A stretch of DNA of 58,865 bases, the filler included, from Pristiophorus japonicus (Eukaryota), in assembly GCF_044704955.1 (NCBI RefSeq). It is 3 parts of 3 records of this genome, joined end to end, with 100 filler letters (N's around TTAATTAATTAA, not from the genome) between each part and the next. Parts side by side here need not be neighbours in the genome. Positions count along the whole stretch, not along the records: positions 16,102 to 32,635 come from NC_092008.1; positions 32,736 to 58,865 come from NW_027254573.1; 1 more part is not named here. The stretch is one strand, 5' to 3'. The position numbers and the translations under genes are program-made. The notes beneath the pieces were generated by a model that searched no databases, was not told where the DNA came from, and saw nothing but the letters and a program-made list of their open reading frames with translations. Of this stretch, positions 26,090 through 39,506 are shown in pieces (the stretch's first letter is position 1; each line of letters begins with the position of its first letter).

Positions 26090-26812
26090 GCATTACCGCT
26101 CCCCGGCAACACCGCCTCCCGCCCCGGCAATACCGCTCCCCGGCAACACCGCCTCCCAACCCGGCAATACCGCTCCCCGCCCTGGCAATACCGCCCCCCG
26201 CCACGGCAATATCGCCTCCTGCCCCGGCAATACTGCTCCCCGGCAACACCGCCTCCCGCCCCGGCATTACCGCTCCCCGGCAACACCGCCTCCCGCCCCG
26301 GCAATACCGCTCCCCGGCAACACCGCCCCCCGCCCCGGCAATACCGCTCCCCGGCAATATCGCCCCCCGCCCTGGCAATACCGCCTCCCGCCCCGGCAAT
26401 ACCGCCTCCTGCCCCGGCAATACCGCTCCCCGGCAACACCGCCCCCAACCCGGCAATACCGCCTCCCGCCCCGGCAATACCGCCCCCCGCCCCGGCAATA
26501 TCGCCTCCTGCCCCGGCAATACCGCTCCCCGGCAACACCGCCCCCAACCCGGCAATACCGCCCCCCCGCCCCGGCATTACCGCTCCCCGGCAACACCGCC
26601 TCCCGCCCCGGCAATACCGCTCCCCGGCAATACCGCTCCCCGGCAATATCGCCCCCCGCCCCGGCAATACTGCTCCCCGGCAATATCGCCTCCTGCCCCG
26701 GCAATACCGCTCCCCGGCAACACCGCCCCCAACCCGGCAATACCGCTCCCCGGCAACACCGCCCCCAACCCGGCAATACCGCTCCCCGGCAATACCGCTC
26801 CCCGGCAATACC
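26090..26812. repeat. GC-rich minisatellite (CCGCTCCCCGGCAATA variants)
   Basis: Tandem 16-21 bp units in the last NAA10 intron. Confidence 0.9.
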
Positions 26813-27269
26813 ACAATACCACCCCGACCATCCCCCCTCCCCCCCAGAATATTGCCCTCTTTTTTCCCCTTCGGAATATGGGGACTCTGCCTGCCCCACA
26901 GCCCCCCAACGAGGGTGCAGGGTTTTTAAAACAATATTCGTTCATGGGATGTGGCCGTCGCTGTACGAACCCATCGGCTTCACGGATGGCCTTTCGGGAA
27001 GGAAGTCAGCCGCCCTTACCCGGTCTGGGCCGATGTGTGACTCCAGACCCACAGCAGTGTGCTTGACGCTTAACTGCCCCCTGAAATGGCAGCTGACCAC
27101 CACCTTGAGGGCAATCAGGGCGAAGTACCCAAGGGAACAGGAGCGGGAGTCGGCCATTCGGCCCCTCGAGCCCGCCCCGCCATCCAATCAGATCGCGGCT
27201 GATCTTCGACCTCAACTCCACCTCCCCGCCCGATCCCTCGATTCCAAAAAATCCATCGATCTCAGCCTT

Positions 27270-27550
27270 GATTCCTCTAATTCTGCCCCCCCTGATTATA
27301 ATCGCTCCACCATCGGTGGCCGTGCCTTCTGTTGCCTGGGCCCCAAGCTCTGGAACTCCCTCCCTGAACCTCTCCACCTCTCTTTCCTCTGTTAAGACGC
27401 TCCTTAAAACCCCCCTCTGTGACCCAGCTTTTGGTCGCCTGCCGTTAATATCCGCTTCTGTGGCTCGGGGTCAAATGTTTTATTCTCACAATACCCCTGT
27501 GAAGCACCTTGGGACGTTTTGCTACGTTAAAGGCGCTATATAAACAGAAA
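27270..27550 (+). mobile_element. L2-type LINE 3' end
   Basis: STIGGRAFCCLGPKLWNSLP peptide and AAAGGCGCTATATAAA tail. Confidence 0.7.
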
Positions 27551-27983
27551 TTATTGCTGCTGTTGAATACACTCAAAGACTGAGCCTCCACAGCCCTCTG
27601 GGGCAGAGAGTTCCAAAGATTCACCTCCCTCCGAGTGAATAAATTCCTCCTCATCTCAGTCCTAAATGGCCGAGCCCTTATCCTGAGACTGTGTGACCCC
27701 TGGTTCTAGACTCCCCAGCCCCGGGGGGGGAAACACCCTCCCTGCATCTACCCCGTCTATCCCCGTTAGAATTTTGTACGTTGGATGGGAACAAATGCCG
27801 GCCTTGCAAGCGACGCCGATATCCCATGAACGAATGAGACACCGGTCACCCCCGCCAGCCTTCTCGCTTCACGGGTAACGAACCCCAACCCAGCCGGCTC
27901 AGTGGGGGAGAACCGCTTCGCACTGCGGGGGGGGGGGGGGGGGGGGGGGGGGTGCAGGGGGAAACAGATAGAGACGCACAAAC

Positions 27984-28068
27984 CTCGTCGGCCATCAGCG
28001 TTAAATCCCTCTTCATGGCGTATGCATCCTCCCCGTCTGCGTAGTACTTGGGCTCCACCTCACTGATC
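27984..28068 (-). CDS. NAA10: NAA10 internal exon (85 nt)
   Basis: [28 protein letters not shown]; AG/GT boundaries; phases fit the flanking exons. Confidence 0.96.
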
Positions 28069-28094
28069 CTGCACGGGGACAGGGGCAAAGGCTT

Positions 28095-29065
28095 GTGAGG
28101 TTACCCACTTTAGAAGAAAAAATAGAAAAGCAGAGTATTTTTCGAACCGGTGACAGGTTGCGAAATGTTGCTGTTCAGGGGGAACCTGGGTGTCCTTGAA
28201 AGTTGGCCATGCAGGTACAGCAGGCGGTGAAGGCGGCAAATGGCATGTTGGCCTTCATAGCGAGAAGATTTGAGTATAGGAGCAGGGAGGTCTTACTGCA
28301 GTTGTACAGGGCCTTGGTGAGGCCACACCTGGAATATTGTGTTCAGTTTTGGTCTCCTAATCTGAGGAAGGACATTCTTGCTATTGAGGGAGTGCAGCGA
28401 AGGTTCACCAGACTGATTCCCGGGATGGCAGGACTGACATATGAGGAGAGACTGGATCGACTGGGCTTATATTCACTGGAGTTTAGAAGGATGAGAGGGG
28501 ATCTCATAGAAACATATAAAATTCTGACGGGACTGGACAGGTTAGATGCAGGAAGAATGTTCCCGATGTTGGGGAAGTCCAGAATTAGGGGTCACAGCCT
28601 AAGGATAAGGGGTAAGCCATTTAGGACCAAGATGAGGAGAAACTTCTTCACCCAGAGAATTGTGAACCTGTGGAATTCCCTGCCGCAGAGAGTTGTTGAG
28701 GCCAGTTCGTTAGATATATTCAAAAGGGAGTTAGATGTGGCCCTTATGGCTAAAGGGATCAAGGGGTATGGAGAGAAAGCGGGAATGGGGTACTGAGGGA
28801 ATGATCAGCCATGATCATATTGAATGGTGGTGCAGGCTCGAAGGGCCGAATGGCCTACTCCTGCACCTATTTTCTATGTTTCAATGTACACCAATCACTG
28901 ACATTTAACAATCAGGTACAGCAAGCACTTAAAAAAGCAAATGGTATGTTGGCCTTTATTGCAAGAGGATTTGAGCACGAGTAAAGACGTCTTACTGCAA
29001 ATATATCGGGCCCTGGTGAGACCACACCTGGAGTATTGTGTACAGTTTTGGTCTCCTTACCTCAA
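28095..29065 (+). mobile_element. CR1 LINE 3' fragments
   Basis: ORF 28203-28796 is the CR1 ORF2 C-terminus ([19 protein letters not shown]...LWNSLP) with its tail; nested within or adjacent to an older CR1 fragment. Confidence 0.9.
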
Positions 29066-29069
29066 GTTA

Positions 29070-29968
29070 GAGTTAGGGAGGGGTGTAGGGGCTGGAGGAG
29101 GTTACAGAGATAGGGAGGGGTGTAGGGGCTGGAGGGGGTTACAGAGATAGGGAGGGGTGTAGGGGCTGGAGGAGGATACAGAGATAGGGAGGGGTGTAGG
29201 GGCTGGAGGGGGTTACAGAGATAGGGAGGGGTATAGGGGCTGGAGGAGGTTACAGAGATAGGGAGGGGTGTAAGGGCTGGAGGAGGTTACAGAGATAGGG
29301 AGGGGTATAGGGGCTGGAGGAGGTTACAGAGATAGGGAGGGGTGTAGGGGCTGGAGGAAGTTACAGAGATAGGGAGGGGTGTAGGGGCTAGAGAAGGTTA
29401 CAGATAGGGAGGGTTGTAGGCTGGAGGAGGTTACAGTGACAGGGAGGGGTTTGGGGCTGGAGGAGGTTACAGAGATAGGGAGGGGTGTAGGGGCTGGAGG
29501 GGGTTACAGAGATAGGGAGGGGTGTAGGGGCTTGAGGGGGTTACAGAGATAGGGAGGGGTGTAGGGGCTGGAGAGGGTTACAGAGATAGGGAGGGGTGTA
29601 GGGGCTGGAGGGGGTTACAGAGATAGGGAGGGGCGTAGGGGCTGGAGGGGGTTACAGAGATAGGGAGGGGCGTAGGGGCTGGAGGGGGTTGCAGAGATAG
29701 GGAGGGGTGTAGGGGGTTACAGAGATAGGGAGGGGTGTAGGGGCTGGAGGGAGTGACAGAGATAGGGAGGGAGATACAGAGATAGGGAGGGGTGTAGGGA
29801 GGGAGATACAGAGATAGGGAGGGGTGTAGGGAGGGAGATACAGAGATAGGGAGGGGCGTAGGGGCTGGAGGGGGTTACAGAGATAGGGAGGGGTGTAGGG
29901 GCTGGAGGGAGTGACAGAGATAAGGAGGGGTGAAGGGAGGGAGATACAGAGATAGGGAGGGGTGTAGG
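29070..29968. repeat. 37-bp G-rich minisatellite
   Basis: Tandem GGGAGGGGTGTAGGGGCTGGAGGAGGTTACAGAGATA. Confidence 0.9.
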
Positions 29969-29994
29969 CGAGGCGAGAGCCGAAGAGTACTTAC

Positions 29995-30039
29995 TGGAAG
30001 TTCAGCGTGTTCGAGTAAAGATGCAGAGCGGCTCGGTTG
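29995..30039 (-). CDS. NAA10: NAA10 internal exon (45 nt; absent from the ORF track)
   Basis: (S)NRAALHLYSNTLNF(Q); acceptor CACAG| and donor |GTAAGT; phase 2/2. Confidence 0.95.
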
Positions 30040-30299
30040 CTGTGAGGGAGAATTAAGAAATCAGATAAACAAGAATTAAAATTCTCTCGGCATCGATCCA
30101 ACGCATATCAACACCCATCAGACACTCCAGAATAATGTTCCACAGGCGTCGGAATGACAAATTCAGCCTCTCCAGACATGACGATTCCATTAATGCGAGG
30201 AGGGAGCTTGTAGGGGGTCGAGTGTGGAGAGTGGACACTGCCTCTCTGAACCATCACTCCCCTCATCGTCCCAGGCTCCACAACAGCCAACTCACAGAG

Positions 30300-32380
<2,081 letters not shown>

Positions 32381-32576
32381 TAGATAGGTCGAGGGGCCAT
32401 ACATCACAAAGTAATAACTCACCCCCTTCCCCCCCCGCCTCCGTAAGCGCGGGTTGTAGACACTGGGCGTCAGAAGGCCATTCAGCCATGAAGGGCATGA
32501 CAGTGTCTCCCATCTGGAGTGGAACACACTACCTTACACCTCCCAGCACTGTCACACAGTCTTCCATTGGAATGAG

Positions 32577-32610
32577 TGCAGTGCCGCACGGCCGCCAGTA
32601 GAGGGAGCTC
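32577..32610 (+). promoter_or_regulatory. Candidate CTCF site (core + upstream motif)
   Basis: TGCAGTGCC-N9-CCAGTAGAGGGAGC, a one-mismatch match to the CCASYAGRKGGCRS core with the upstream TGCAG module. Confidence 0.55.
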
Positions 32611-32635
32611 GGACACCTCAGCAATTGGGGCACAG

Positions 32636-32735
32636 NNNNNNNNNNNNNNNNNNNNNNNNNNNNNNNNNNNNNNNNNNNNTTAATTAATTAANNNNNNNNN
32701 NNNNNNNNNNNNNNNNNNNNNNNNNNNNNNNNNNN
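32636..32735. other. Artificial contig spacer
   Basis: 44 N + TTAATTAATTAA + 44 N. Confidence 0.97.
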
Positions 32736-33420
32736 ATCTGTCATTGAAAGTTGGAATGCAGGTACAGCAGGCGGTGAAGAAGGCAAATAGTATGTTGGCC
32801 TTCATAGCTAGGGGATTTGAGTATCGGAGCAGGGAGGTCTTACTGCAGTTGTACAGGGCCTTGGTGAGGCCTTACCTGGAATATTGTGTTCAGTTTTGGT
32901 CTCCTAATCTGAGGAAGGACGTTCTTGCTATTGAGGGAGTGCAGTGAAGGTTCACCAGCCTGTTTCCCGGGATGGCGGGACTGACATATGAGGAGAGACT
33001 GGATCAACTGGGCCTTTATACATTGGAGTTTAGAAGGATGAGAGGGGATCTCATAGAAACTTACAAGATTCTGACAGGACTGGACAGGTTAGATGCGGGA
33101 AGAATGTTCCCGATGATGGGGAAGTCCAGAACCAGGGGACACAGTCTTAGGATAAGGGGTAGGCCATTTTGGACTGAGGTGAGGAGAAACTTCTTCAATC
33201 AGAGAGTTGTTAACCTGTGGAATTCCCTATGGCAGAGAGTTGTTGATGCCAGTTCATTGGATATATTCAAGAGGGAATTAGATATAGCCCTTACGGCTAA
33301 GGGGGTCAAGGTGTATGGAGAGAAAGTAGAAAGGGGTACTGAGGGAATGATCAGCCATGGTGTTATTGAATGGTGGTGCAGGTTCGAAGGGCCGAATGCC
33401 TTATTTTCTATGTTTCTATG
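32736..33420 (+). mobile_element. CR1 LINE 3' fragment
   Basis: ORF2 C-terminus with an in-frame stop; TTTCTATG tail. Confidence 0.9.
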
Positions 33421-34835
33421 TAACATGCCATTTGCCTTCTTCACCGCCTGCTGTACCTGCATGCCAAACTTCAATGGCTGATGTACCATGACACCCAGGT
33501 CTCGTTGCACCTCCCCTTTTCCAAATCTGTCACCATTCAGATCATATTCTGTCTCCTTGTTTTTGCCCCCAAAGTGGATAACCTCACATTTATCCACATT
33601 ATACTGCATCTGCTATGCATTTGCCCACTCACCTAACCTGTCCAAGTCACCCTGCAGTCTCTTAGCATCCTCCTCACAGCTCACACCGCCACCCAGCTTA
33701 GTGTCATCTGCAAACTTGGATATATTACATTCAATTCTTTCATCTGAATCATTAATGTATATTGTAAATAGCTGGTGTCCCAGCACTGAGCCCTGTGGCA
33801 CCCCACTGGTCTCTGCCTGCCATTCTGAAAAGGACCCGTTTATTCCGACTCTCTGCTTCCTGTCTGCCAACCAGTTCTCTGTCCACATCGATACATTACC
33901 TCCAATACCATGTGCTTTAATTTTCACACTAATGTCTTGTGTGAGACCTTGTCAAAAGCCTTTTGAAAGTCCAAATACACCACATCCACTGGTTCTCCCT
34001 TGTCCACTCTACTAGTTACATCCTCAAAAAATTGCAGAAGATTTGTCAAGCATGATTTCCCTTTCATAAATCCATGCTGACTTAGACCGATCCTGTCACT
34101 GCTTTCCAAATACACTGCTATTTCATCTTTAGTAATTGATTCCAACATTTTCCCCACCACCGATGTCAGGCTAACCGGTCTATAATTCCCCATTTTCTCT
34201 CTCCCTCCTTTTTAAAAAGTGGTGTTACATTAGCTACCCTCCAATCCATAGGAACTGATCCAGAGTCAATAGAATGTTGGAAAATGATCACCAATGCGTC
34301 CATTATTTCTAGGGCCACTTCCTTAAGTACTCTGGGATGCAGACTATCAGGCCCTGAGGATTTATCGGCCTTCAATCCCATCAATTTCCCAAACACAATT
34401 TCCTGACTAATAAGGATTTCCTTCAGTTCCTCCTTCTCGCTAGACCCTCGAACCCTTAGTATTTCCGGAAGGTTATTTGTGTCTTCCTTAGTGAAGGCAG
34501 ATCCAAAGTATTTGTTCAATTGGTCTGCCATTTCTTTGTTCCCCATTATAAACTCACCTGATTCTGTCTGCAAAGGACCTATGTTGGTCTTCACTAATCT
34601 TTTTCTCTTCACATATCTATAGAAGCTTTTGCAGTCAGTTTTTATGTTCGCTGGAGGCTTCCTCTCATACTCTATCTTCCCGCTCCTAATTAAACCCTTT
34701 GTCCTCCTCTGCTGAACTCTAAATTTCTCCCAGTCCTCAGCTTTGCTGCTTTTTCTGGCCAATTTATATGCCTCTTCCTTGGATTTAACACTATCCCTAA
34801 TTTCCCTTATTAGCCACGATTGAGCCACCTTCCAC
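33421..34835 (-). mobile_element. CR1 LINE internal RT fragment
   Basis: NYRPVSLTSVVGK, YLDFQKAFDKV, GVPQGSVLG and FADD, with frameshifts. Confidence 0.9.
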
Positions 34836-35816
34836 TTATTTAATGGACCTGAGCCTTTAACCTCTCTTTACACTTCCTTCTCACACTTTCTCTCTCTTTC
34901 CCTCACTGGTCAATATCGAAACTGTAGTAAAATTGTTGTGAAGCGCCTTGGGGCATTTTACTATGTTAAAGGCGCTATATAAATAACAGTTATTATTAAT
35001 AAACCTGTTAACAATCCGTACACAAAGCCCCATCTATGGTGGGGGAGGGTAAGGTCATGCACTTGCGCTGGTGTAAGGAGGCACTTTGGCCCGGGGAGGG
35101 ATGTACTTGGACAGGGGTGAGGTACTTTGGCTGGGGGAGGGATGTACTTGGACAGGGGTGAGGTACTTTGGCTGGGGTAGGGATGTACTTGGACTGGGGT
35201 GAGGTACTTTGGGGGGGGTGCGGAGAGAGGGATGGGTTTGGACTGGGGTAAGGCACTTTGGCCATTGCTGTCTTCTGGGGAGCTTTGTCCTCTGTCGACA
35301 CAGGAAGTCAAAGTGGATCGAGTTACAATTTGCAAAGTCAGTGAGACCTTGGGATGGACGATTCCAGTTATACATTCCTGTGAAACTTCAGGGTGTGGCT
35401 TATCCTCCATGAGGACCAATCATTGACAAAGGGTGGAGCATGGCAGCCATTTTTGCAGTATAAATAAGTGTGCCCATTTCTTTTGTCATGTCTGTTTTCC
35501 ACTCTCGCTTCCCTTTTGTTCTGGGTGTCCAAAATGTCAACTCCTCCATTTTCTCCACAAAAAACAGACTGGCCGAGACATTCCGTATGTTCTGTTGTTG
35601 TTCCAGAGTTTTGATCCATTCTTACATCGCCACTATTCAACTCTGGCATTTCGCACATCACTAACAACATTCCCACTCTCTGTTCCACAGCACGACAGTA
35701 ACCACTGTGTCTGACGGTATATTTCCACTGGTCCACCCCACTGTGTGAAGGTTACATATGTTCCCAGTAAGGAGCTGTTACTGTGACCCTGCCAGTGTGA
35801 GTTAACAATGACTTGC

Positions 35817-36164
35817 CGGTTACATTGAGCTGGGTTCCTGCTCCATAGATGTAGCTCCACACACTGCAGCTGTAGGCAGCAGTATCACTGAGGGACACAT
35901 TCACGATGGTCAGAATGTAACTGTTACTGGTGATGTTCCTGGAAGGCAGAAAACGGTCGTGGATACCCCGGGACCTGGTAATGGTGCCATTCACAAACTG
36001 GCTCATCACCCACTCGCTGTTGTTCCCGGGTCGCTGGCAGTGCCAGTGGACATCAGTGTCACTCACACTGGCATTGTACATGGCACATTGTAACTGCACG
36101 GTTTCACCCTCTGGGACCTTGCTGACTGTTGGATGCTGAACAAGGACCGGATCAGCTAATGGAT
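35817..36164 (-). CDS. Ig V-set exon with integral J-like strand (VJ-type), copy C; 348 nt, phase 1/1
   Basis: DPLADPVLVQHPTVSKVPEGETVQLQCAMYNASVSDTDVHWHCQRPG...RFLPSRNITSNSYILTIVNVSLSDTAAYSCSVWSYIYGAGTQLNVT, with canonical C, W, DxAxYxC and GxGTxLxV. Acceptor CGTACAG|; donor G|GCAAGT. Confidence 0.9.
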
Positions 36165-36334
36165 CTGTACGTGGGAAATATATGGAGTCTGACACAAAGA
36201 AATATATTTCTCCAGCATTCAAAGTTGAACAATTTATAACATTTGGAATGTTATGAGAGCACCTGATGCTTAACCCAGCAGTTTGTAAACTGAGAGCCCA
36301 GACAAAGTGGAACTCGACATCATCAATAGTGTCT

Positions 36335-37155
36335 GCCATGACTCAGTGGGTAGCACTCTCGCCTCGGGGTCAGAAGGTTATGGGTTCATGTCCCACTCCA
36401 GAGTCTTCAACACAAAAATCTAGGCTGACACTCCCAGTGCAGTGCTGAGGGAGTGCTGCACTGTCCAAGGTGCTGTCTTTTGAATGACTTGTTAAACCGA
36501 GGCCCCGTCTGCTCTCTCAAGTGGATATAAAAGATCCCACGGCACTATTTTGAAGAAGAGCAGGGGAGTTATCCCCAGTGCCCTGTCCAATATTTATCCC
36601 TCAATCAACATCACTAAAGCAGATTATGTGATCATTATCACATTGCTGTTTATGGGAGCTTGCTGTGTGCAAAGTGGCTGCCGTGTTTCCTACATTACAA
36701 CAGTGTCTACATTTCAACAAGTACTTCATTGACTACAAAGCAATTTGGGACATCATGAGGGCGTGAAAGGCCCTATATAAATGCAAGTCTTTCTTTCTCA
36801 GAGTCACAATCCCACTCCAGAGATCCTAGCACATATCTAGACACTCCAGTGCAGCATGGAGGGTGTGCTACACTGCCAGAGGTGCCGTCATTGAAATGAG
36901 ATTGCCATCTCAGTTGGATGGAAAAGATCTCACGGCATTATTCGAAGATTAGCAGAGGAGTTCTCCCAGTGTCCAGGTCAACATTTATACCTAAAACACA
37001 TGATCTGGCTATTTATTTAATTGCTGTTTGTGGGACATTGTGTGTTTCCTAAATTACAACAGTGATTGCACTTCACATGTACGTTATTGGCTTATGTAAA
37101 GTGGTTTGGGACATCCCGAGACTGTGAAAGGCGCTATCGAAGTGCAGGTTCTTTC
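36335..37155 (+). mobile_element. Two tandem Deu-domain SINE copies
   Basis: Homologous to 6787-7200, each with a single unexpanded copy of the 33-bp unit. Confidence 0.75.
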
Positions 37156-37171
37156 TCTTTGTGTCCCTTAT

Positions 37172-39407
37172 TACATAAGAACATAAGAAATCGGAACAGG
37201 AGTAGGCCATATGGCCCCTCGAGCCTGCTCCGCCATTTAATAAGATCATGACAGATCTGATCATGGACTCAGCTCCACTTCCCCGCCCGCTCCGCATAAC
37301 CCCTTATCCCCTTATCGTTTAAGAAACAGTTTATTTCTGTCTTAAATTTATTCAATGTCCTAACTTCCACAGCTCTCTGAGGCAGAGAATTCCACAGATT
37401 AACAACCCTCAGAGAAGAAATTTCTCCTCATTTCTGTTTTAAATGGGCAGCCCCTTCTTCGAAGATCATGCCTCTATAGTTCTAGTCTCCCCTATCAGTG
37501 GAAACATCCTCTCTATATCCACCTTGTCAAGCCCCCTCATAATCTTATACGTTTCAATCAGATCACCTCTCATTCTTCTGAATTCCAATGAGTAGAGACC
37601 CAACCTACTCAACCTTTCCTCATGTCAACCCCCTCTGAAATCAACCAAGTGAACCTTCTCTGAACTGCCTCCAAAGCAAGTATATCCTTTCTTAAATATG
37701 GAAACCAAAACTGCACGCAGTATTCCAGGTGTGGCCTCACCAATACCCTGTATAACTGTAGCAAGACTTCCCTGCTTTTATACTCCATCCCCTTTGCAAT
37801 AAAGGCCAAGATTCCATTGGCCTTCCTGATCACTTGCTGTACCTGCATACTATCCTTTTGTGTTTCATAAGTACCCCCAGGTCCCGCTGTACTGCGGCAC
37901 TTTGCAATCTTTCTCCATTTAAATAATAACTTGCTTTGCCAACATTATACTCCATCTGCCAAATTTTTGTCCACTCACTTAGCCTGTCTATTTCCTTTTG
38001 CAGATTTTTTGTGTTCTCCTCACACATTGCTTTTCCTCCCATCTTTGTATCGTCAGCAAACTTGGCTATGTTACATCAGTCCCTTCTTCCAAGTCGTTTA
38101 TATAGATTGTAAATAGTTGGGGTCACAGCACTGATCCCAGCTAGTTACTGGTTGCCAACCAGAGAATGAACCATTTATCCCGACTCTCTGTTTTCTGTTA
38201 GTTAGCCAATCCTCTATCCATTCTAATATATTTCCCCCAACCCCTTGAACTTTTATCTTGTGCAGTAACCTTTTATGTGGTACCTTGTCAAATGCCTTCT
38301 GGAAGTCCAAATACACCACATCCAGTGGTTCACCTTTATCCACCCTGTTCGTTACATCTTCAAAGAACTCCAGCAAATTTGTCAAACATGACTTCCTCTT
38401 CATAAATCCATGCTGACTCTGCCTGATCGAATTTTGCTTTTCCAAATGTCCTGCTACTGCTTCTTCAACAATGGATTCCAACATTTTCCCAACCACAGAT
38501 GTTAGGCTAACTGGTCTATAGTTTCCTGCTTTTTGTCTGTCTCCTTTTTTAAATAGGGGCGTTACACTTGCAGTTTTCCAATCTGCTAGGACCTTCCCAG
38601 AATCCAGGGAATTTTGGTAAATTACACCCAATGCATCCACTATCCCTGCCGCTACTTCTCTTAAGACCCCAGGATGCAAGTCATCTGGTCCAGGGGATTT
38701 ATCTGCCTTCAGTCCCATTATCTTACTGAGTACCACCTCCTTAGTGATTGTGATTGTGTTAAGTTCCTCCCCGCCTATAGCCCGTGGACTATCCACTGTT
38801 GGGATATTGTTAGTGTCCTCTACCGTAAAGACTGATACAAAATATTTGTTCAGAGTTTCTGCCATCTCCATGTGCCCCATTACTAATTCCCCGGTCTCGT
38901 CCTCCAAGGGACCAACATTTACTTGAGCCACTCTTTTCCTTTTTATATACCTATAGAAACTCTTGCTATCTGTTTTTATATTTTGCACTAGTTTACTTTC
39001 ATAGTCTATCTTCTCTTTTTTAATCATTTTTTTAGTCATTCTTTGCTCGCTTTCAAAAGGATCCCAATCTTCTGTCCTTCCACTAGTTTTGGCCACTTGT
39101 TTTTAATTGGATACCATCCTTTTATTTCTTTAGTTAGCCACGGATGGCTATCTTTTCTCTTACACCCTTTCCCCCTCACTGGAATATATTTTTCTTGAGA
39201 GTTGTGAAATATCTCCTTAAATGTACACCAGTGTTCATCAATCATCCTATACTTTAATTTACTTTCCCAGTCCACTATACCCAACTCTGCCCTCATATCT
39301 TCATAGTCTCCTTTATTTAATTCTAGTATGCTAGTTAGAGATCCAACTTTCTCACCCTCCATCTGAATTTGAAAATCAATCATGCTATGATCACTCATTC
39401 CGAGGGG
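37172..39407 (-). mobile_element. Older CR1 LINE, interrupted by the intact CR1; continues at 44268-44455
   Basis: RT ORFs 38098-39096 and neighbours; (TTCTTATG)n tail. The endonuclease peptide VLCNETGLINNL | PLGMSDHSMIDFQI is split across the insert. Confidence 0.85.
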
Positions 39408-39506
39408 ATAGAAACATAGAAACATAGAAAATAGGTGCAGGAGTAGGCCATTCGGCCCTTCTAGCCTGCACCGCCATTCAATGAGTTCATGGCTGAACAT
39501 GCAACT

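Noticed and set aside
25959-27395. 478-aa ORF and overlapping ORFs
   Set aside because: Minisatellite plus TE fragments inside a NAA10 intron; only 25761-26045 on the minus strand is real coding sequence.
32736-34835. Twin-priming inversion of a single CR1
   Set aside because: The inverted piece joins at the 3' tail of the plus-strand copy, not its 5' end, and the two overlap in consensus coordinates; two separate insertions fit better.
35700-35750. Two CACAGTG heptamers (minus strand) downstream of VJ copy C as possible RSS
   Set aside because: No ACAAAAACC-like nonamer at 12 or 23 nt, and they lie 70-115 nt into the intron, beyond the J-like strand.
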